From NCBI GenBank assembly GCA_038087875.1, contig CM075977.1, forward strand, positions 84,196,001 through 84,260,000: 64,000 nt of DNA, written 5' to 3'. A program made the position numbers and the translations under genes. Positions 62,110 through 64,000 of this stretch are shown here, one piece after another (within the stretch, counting starts at the first letter, position 1; the number at the start of each line of letters is the position of its first letter). A model generated the notes under the pieces. It did not search any database and was not told where the DNA came from. It saw nothing but the letters and a program-made list of their open reading frames with translations. Origin of the DNA: Malacoraja senta. Taxonomy: Eukaryota.

Positions 62110-63111
62110 TTACATGGTGTCAGAAGTGGGATGGAACGGAAGGGGCGGAGGAGGAGCAGAACGTTGCATGTCAGGACGGACGGGCAGAGCAACGCCCTGA
62201 CGCGAAACAGGCAGTGGGGGAGCAAAGGGATCCGCGGCAGGAGGACGCGGCTCGTTGACGAGCCGAAGGTGCTGGCGGGACCGTCGGTAAATGGCTCCAG
62301 CGTGGTCGACGAAATAGGACCTGGGCGACCCCGCAGAGCCGACGACAGTAGCGAGCTTGGAGTGACCGGGAACGGTCTGCATACGGACAACTTGACCGGG
62401 GAAGAGGCGCGGCAGCGGGTGGCAGGACCTGTCATGGGAACGCTTTTGGACGTCGTGCCTGAAGGCAATGCGTTTCTGAACCGCCGCAGGTGGGAGGATG
62501 GAGGGTATGAGGGAGCGCTGGGCCACAGGGAGCGGGAGTCTGGTAGCGCGAGACATGAGCCGCTGAGCAGGTGAACCCATGGCAGAGTCGCGGGAAATGT
62601 TCCGAAGGTTGAGGAGGGCCAGATGGAAGTTGGAGTTAATGCCACCACACTGTTCCAACAGGTGCTTAGCACTGCTTTGCGGGTACTCCGGGCTGCTGGT
62701 GAAATGGCGGAAGTTCCATCTGGAAGCGAACGCTTTAAACTCGGAGCTCGTGAACTGGCTGCCATTGTCCGACTGCAGGCTTGCCGGGGGGCCAAAAGTG
62801 GCAAAATGAGGGTACAACCTGTCGATGACGGCCGAAGAGGTCATGGAATGCAGCCGGTCGACCACAAACCAGCTGGAGTAGGAGTCAACGAGCACCAGGA
62901 AATGTTTGCCCCGCCACTCAAAAATGTCAGTGGCAAGCGCCATCCAGGGCAGTTCGGGCGCGGGCTGCTGTAGAAGCGGCTGACGCTGCTGATGGGGGGC
63001 GAGGCTGTTGCAGGTGGAACACGAGGAGACCCTCTCCCGGATGTATTTGGCCATGTCACCATTGTATTTGCCTGTCGTTTCGAAGAGGAAAGATGTAGAT
63101 GAGATATGCAT
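62110..63111 (-). pseudogene. Gypsy integrase fragment, antisense to the element, catalytically incomplete
   Basis: CSTC (HH of the Zn finger absent), PW...ATDIF, LVDSYS, SDNGSQFTS, SSPEYPQS|SAKHLL (NGxAER missing), C-terminal PRSY...YRRSRQHLR. Confidence 0.9.
62115..62132 (+). promoter_or_regulatory. Primer-binding site complementary to tRNA-Leu 3' end
   Basis: TGGTGTCAGAAGTGGGAT is the reverse complement of ATCCCACTTCTGACACCA, a vertebrate tRNA-Leu (CAA/CAG) 3' end. Confidence 0.9.
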
Positions 63112-63361
63112 GTGCCTTTAACATAGTGACCTCATACCTACTAACCACTCCCCATATCACAAGTATATCTACAACCTCCCCACCCACAGATCGCTCTCTA
63201 GTTCCTGTGACAGACCACGTACAGCTAGTGCTATGTGTAATGCTCCAGTATGAATAAAGATAGTAAAGTAACGACGCCTCGTTATGAAACCTTTACACCT
63301 ATCTCATTACTCCTTTACGATATTGCCTGAGGTTATCTCCCTGTGGCCGCATAGGTTTCCT

Positions 63362-63456
63362 CTGGGTGCTCCGGTTTCCTCTGGATGCTCCGGTTTCTTC
63401 TAGGTGCTACGGTTTCCACTGGGTGCTCCGGTTTCCACTGGGTGCTCTGGTTTCCT
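63362..63456 (+). repeat. 19-bp x5 tandem expansion of the V-SINE core
   Basis: Unit ctgggtgctccggtttcc(t/a) inside a V-SINE remnant (about 63335-63480). Confidence 0.9.
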
Positions 63457-63542
63457 CCGACACCCCAAAGACGTGCAAAACCTGAGGAGAATTTCAGGAA
63501 AATGACCCAAAATGTGGTAATTGCGGTAACATTTGGCAATAT

Positions 63543-64000
63543 GATAAGATAAGATATACCTTTAATAATCCTTTGCAGGAAATTACAATGCCACGACAGC
63601 TTCAAGACATACATAACACCACAAATAGCTTCCATACTTAACAAGTTAAAATACAAGTTAAAATACAAGTTAAAATACAATTAATTTTTAAAAAGTGCAG
63701 TTATTTATGCGCATTGTATAATCTTATCGCAGCTGGTAAGCAGGACTTCCTATGTCTCTCCGTTTTGCACATTGGTGCAATCAGTCTCTGACTGAAGCTG
63801 CTGCTCTTGATCACCTTCAGGGCATGGAGTGGGTGAGTGGGGTTGGTCATTATAGAAACCAGTTTTTTCAGTGATCTGGCCTCTGCCACCTGCTGGACCG
63901 TTCGTTGCTCAGCCCCGACCACTGAGCCGGCCTTCCTGATCAGTTTGTCCAGTCTGTTTTTGTCCGCTATGCGAGCGCCATCTCCACAACAGGCCACCGC
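63543..64000 (-). mobile_element. 3' end of a second Rex1/Babar family, running off the window
   Basis: DKNRLDKLIRKAGSVVG...IMTNPTHPLH...SSFSQRLIAPMCKTERHRKSCLPAAIRLYN; (gataa)n tail. Confidence 0.85.

Larger units (their letters stand above)
61911..63297 (+). mobile_element. Young non-autonomous Ty3/Gypsy LTR element, 1387 bp
   Basis: Identical 204-bp TG...CA LTRs (61911-62114, 63094-63297); TSD cctat at 61906-61910 and 63298-63302; PBS 62115-62132; PPT 63082-63093; AATAAA in the LTR on plus. Confidence 0.97.

Noticed and set aside
61986-62973. Overlapping alternative ORFs in the LTR element (272, 157 and 116 aa)
   Set aside because: No gag, protease or RT motifs; shadow frames of GC-rich integrase sequence.
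62200-63082. Short inverted similarity cgaaacaggca / tgcctgtcgtttcg as inversion breakpoints
   Set aside because: Only about 11 nt with an indel and not clearly at the junctions; cannot be told from chance without the parent sequence.

Overview
Eukaryotic, repeat-dominated, non-coding (intergenic or intronic) DNA. The repeat set points to a cartilaginous fish, probably a skate or ray (inference): HER1/CR1 LINE fragments, HE1-type V-SINEs, a Deu-type SINE, Penelope-like elements (PLEs), Rex1/Babar and Tx1 LINE relics. No host protein-coding gene could be supported. There are three N gaps (18191-18390, 19578-19983, 36607-36816). Almost all ORFs in the track are decayed retroelement fragments or repeat artefacts. 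Highlights: (1) a 206-bp TSD-flanked short retroposon (25150-25355, minus) whose first 67 nt fold into a complete HDV-like self-cleaving ribozyme, with the predicted cut site exactly at the element boundary; (2) a 1387-bp young LTR element (61911-63297; identical 204-bp LTRs, 5-bp TSD, tRNA-Leu PBS, PPT) whose only cargo is an integrase fragment lying antisense to the element and lacking the catalytic Glu; (3) about 20 minimal hammerhead-ribozyme motifs in PLE pseudo-LTRs, many in short fold-back insertions with their own TSDs; (4) two related non-autonomous Helitrons with different tandem arrays; (5) a non-autonomous hAT element. Family names come from recalled motifs, not database searches. 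Boundaries of old repeats are approximate.
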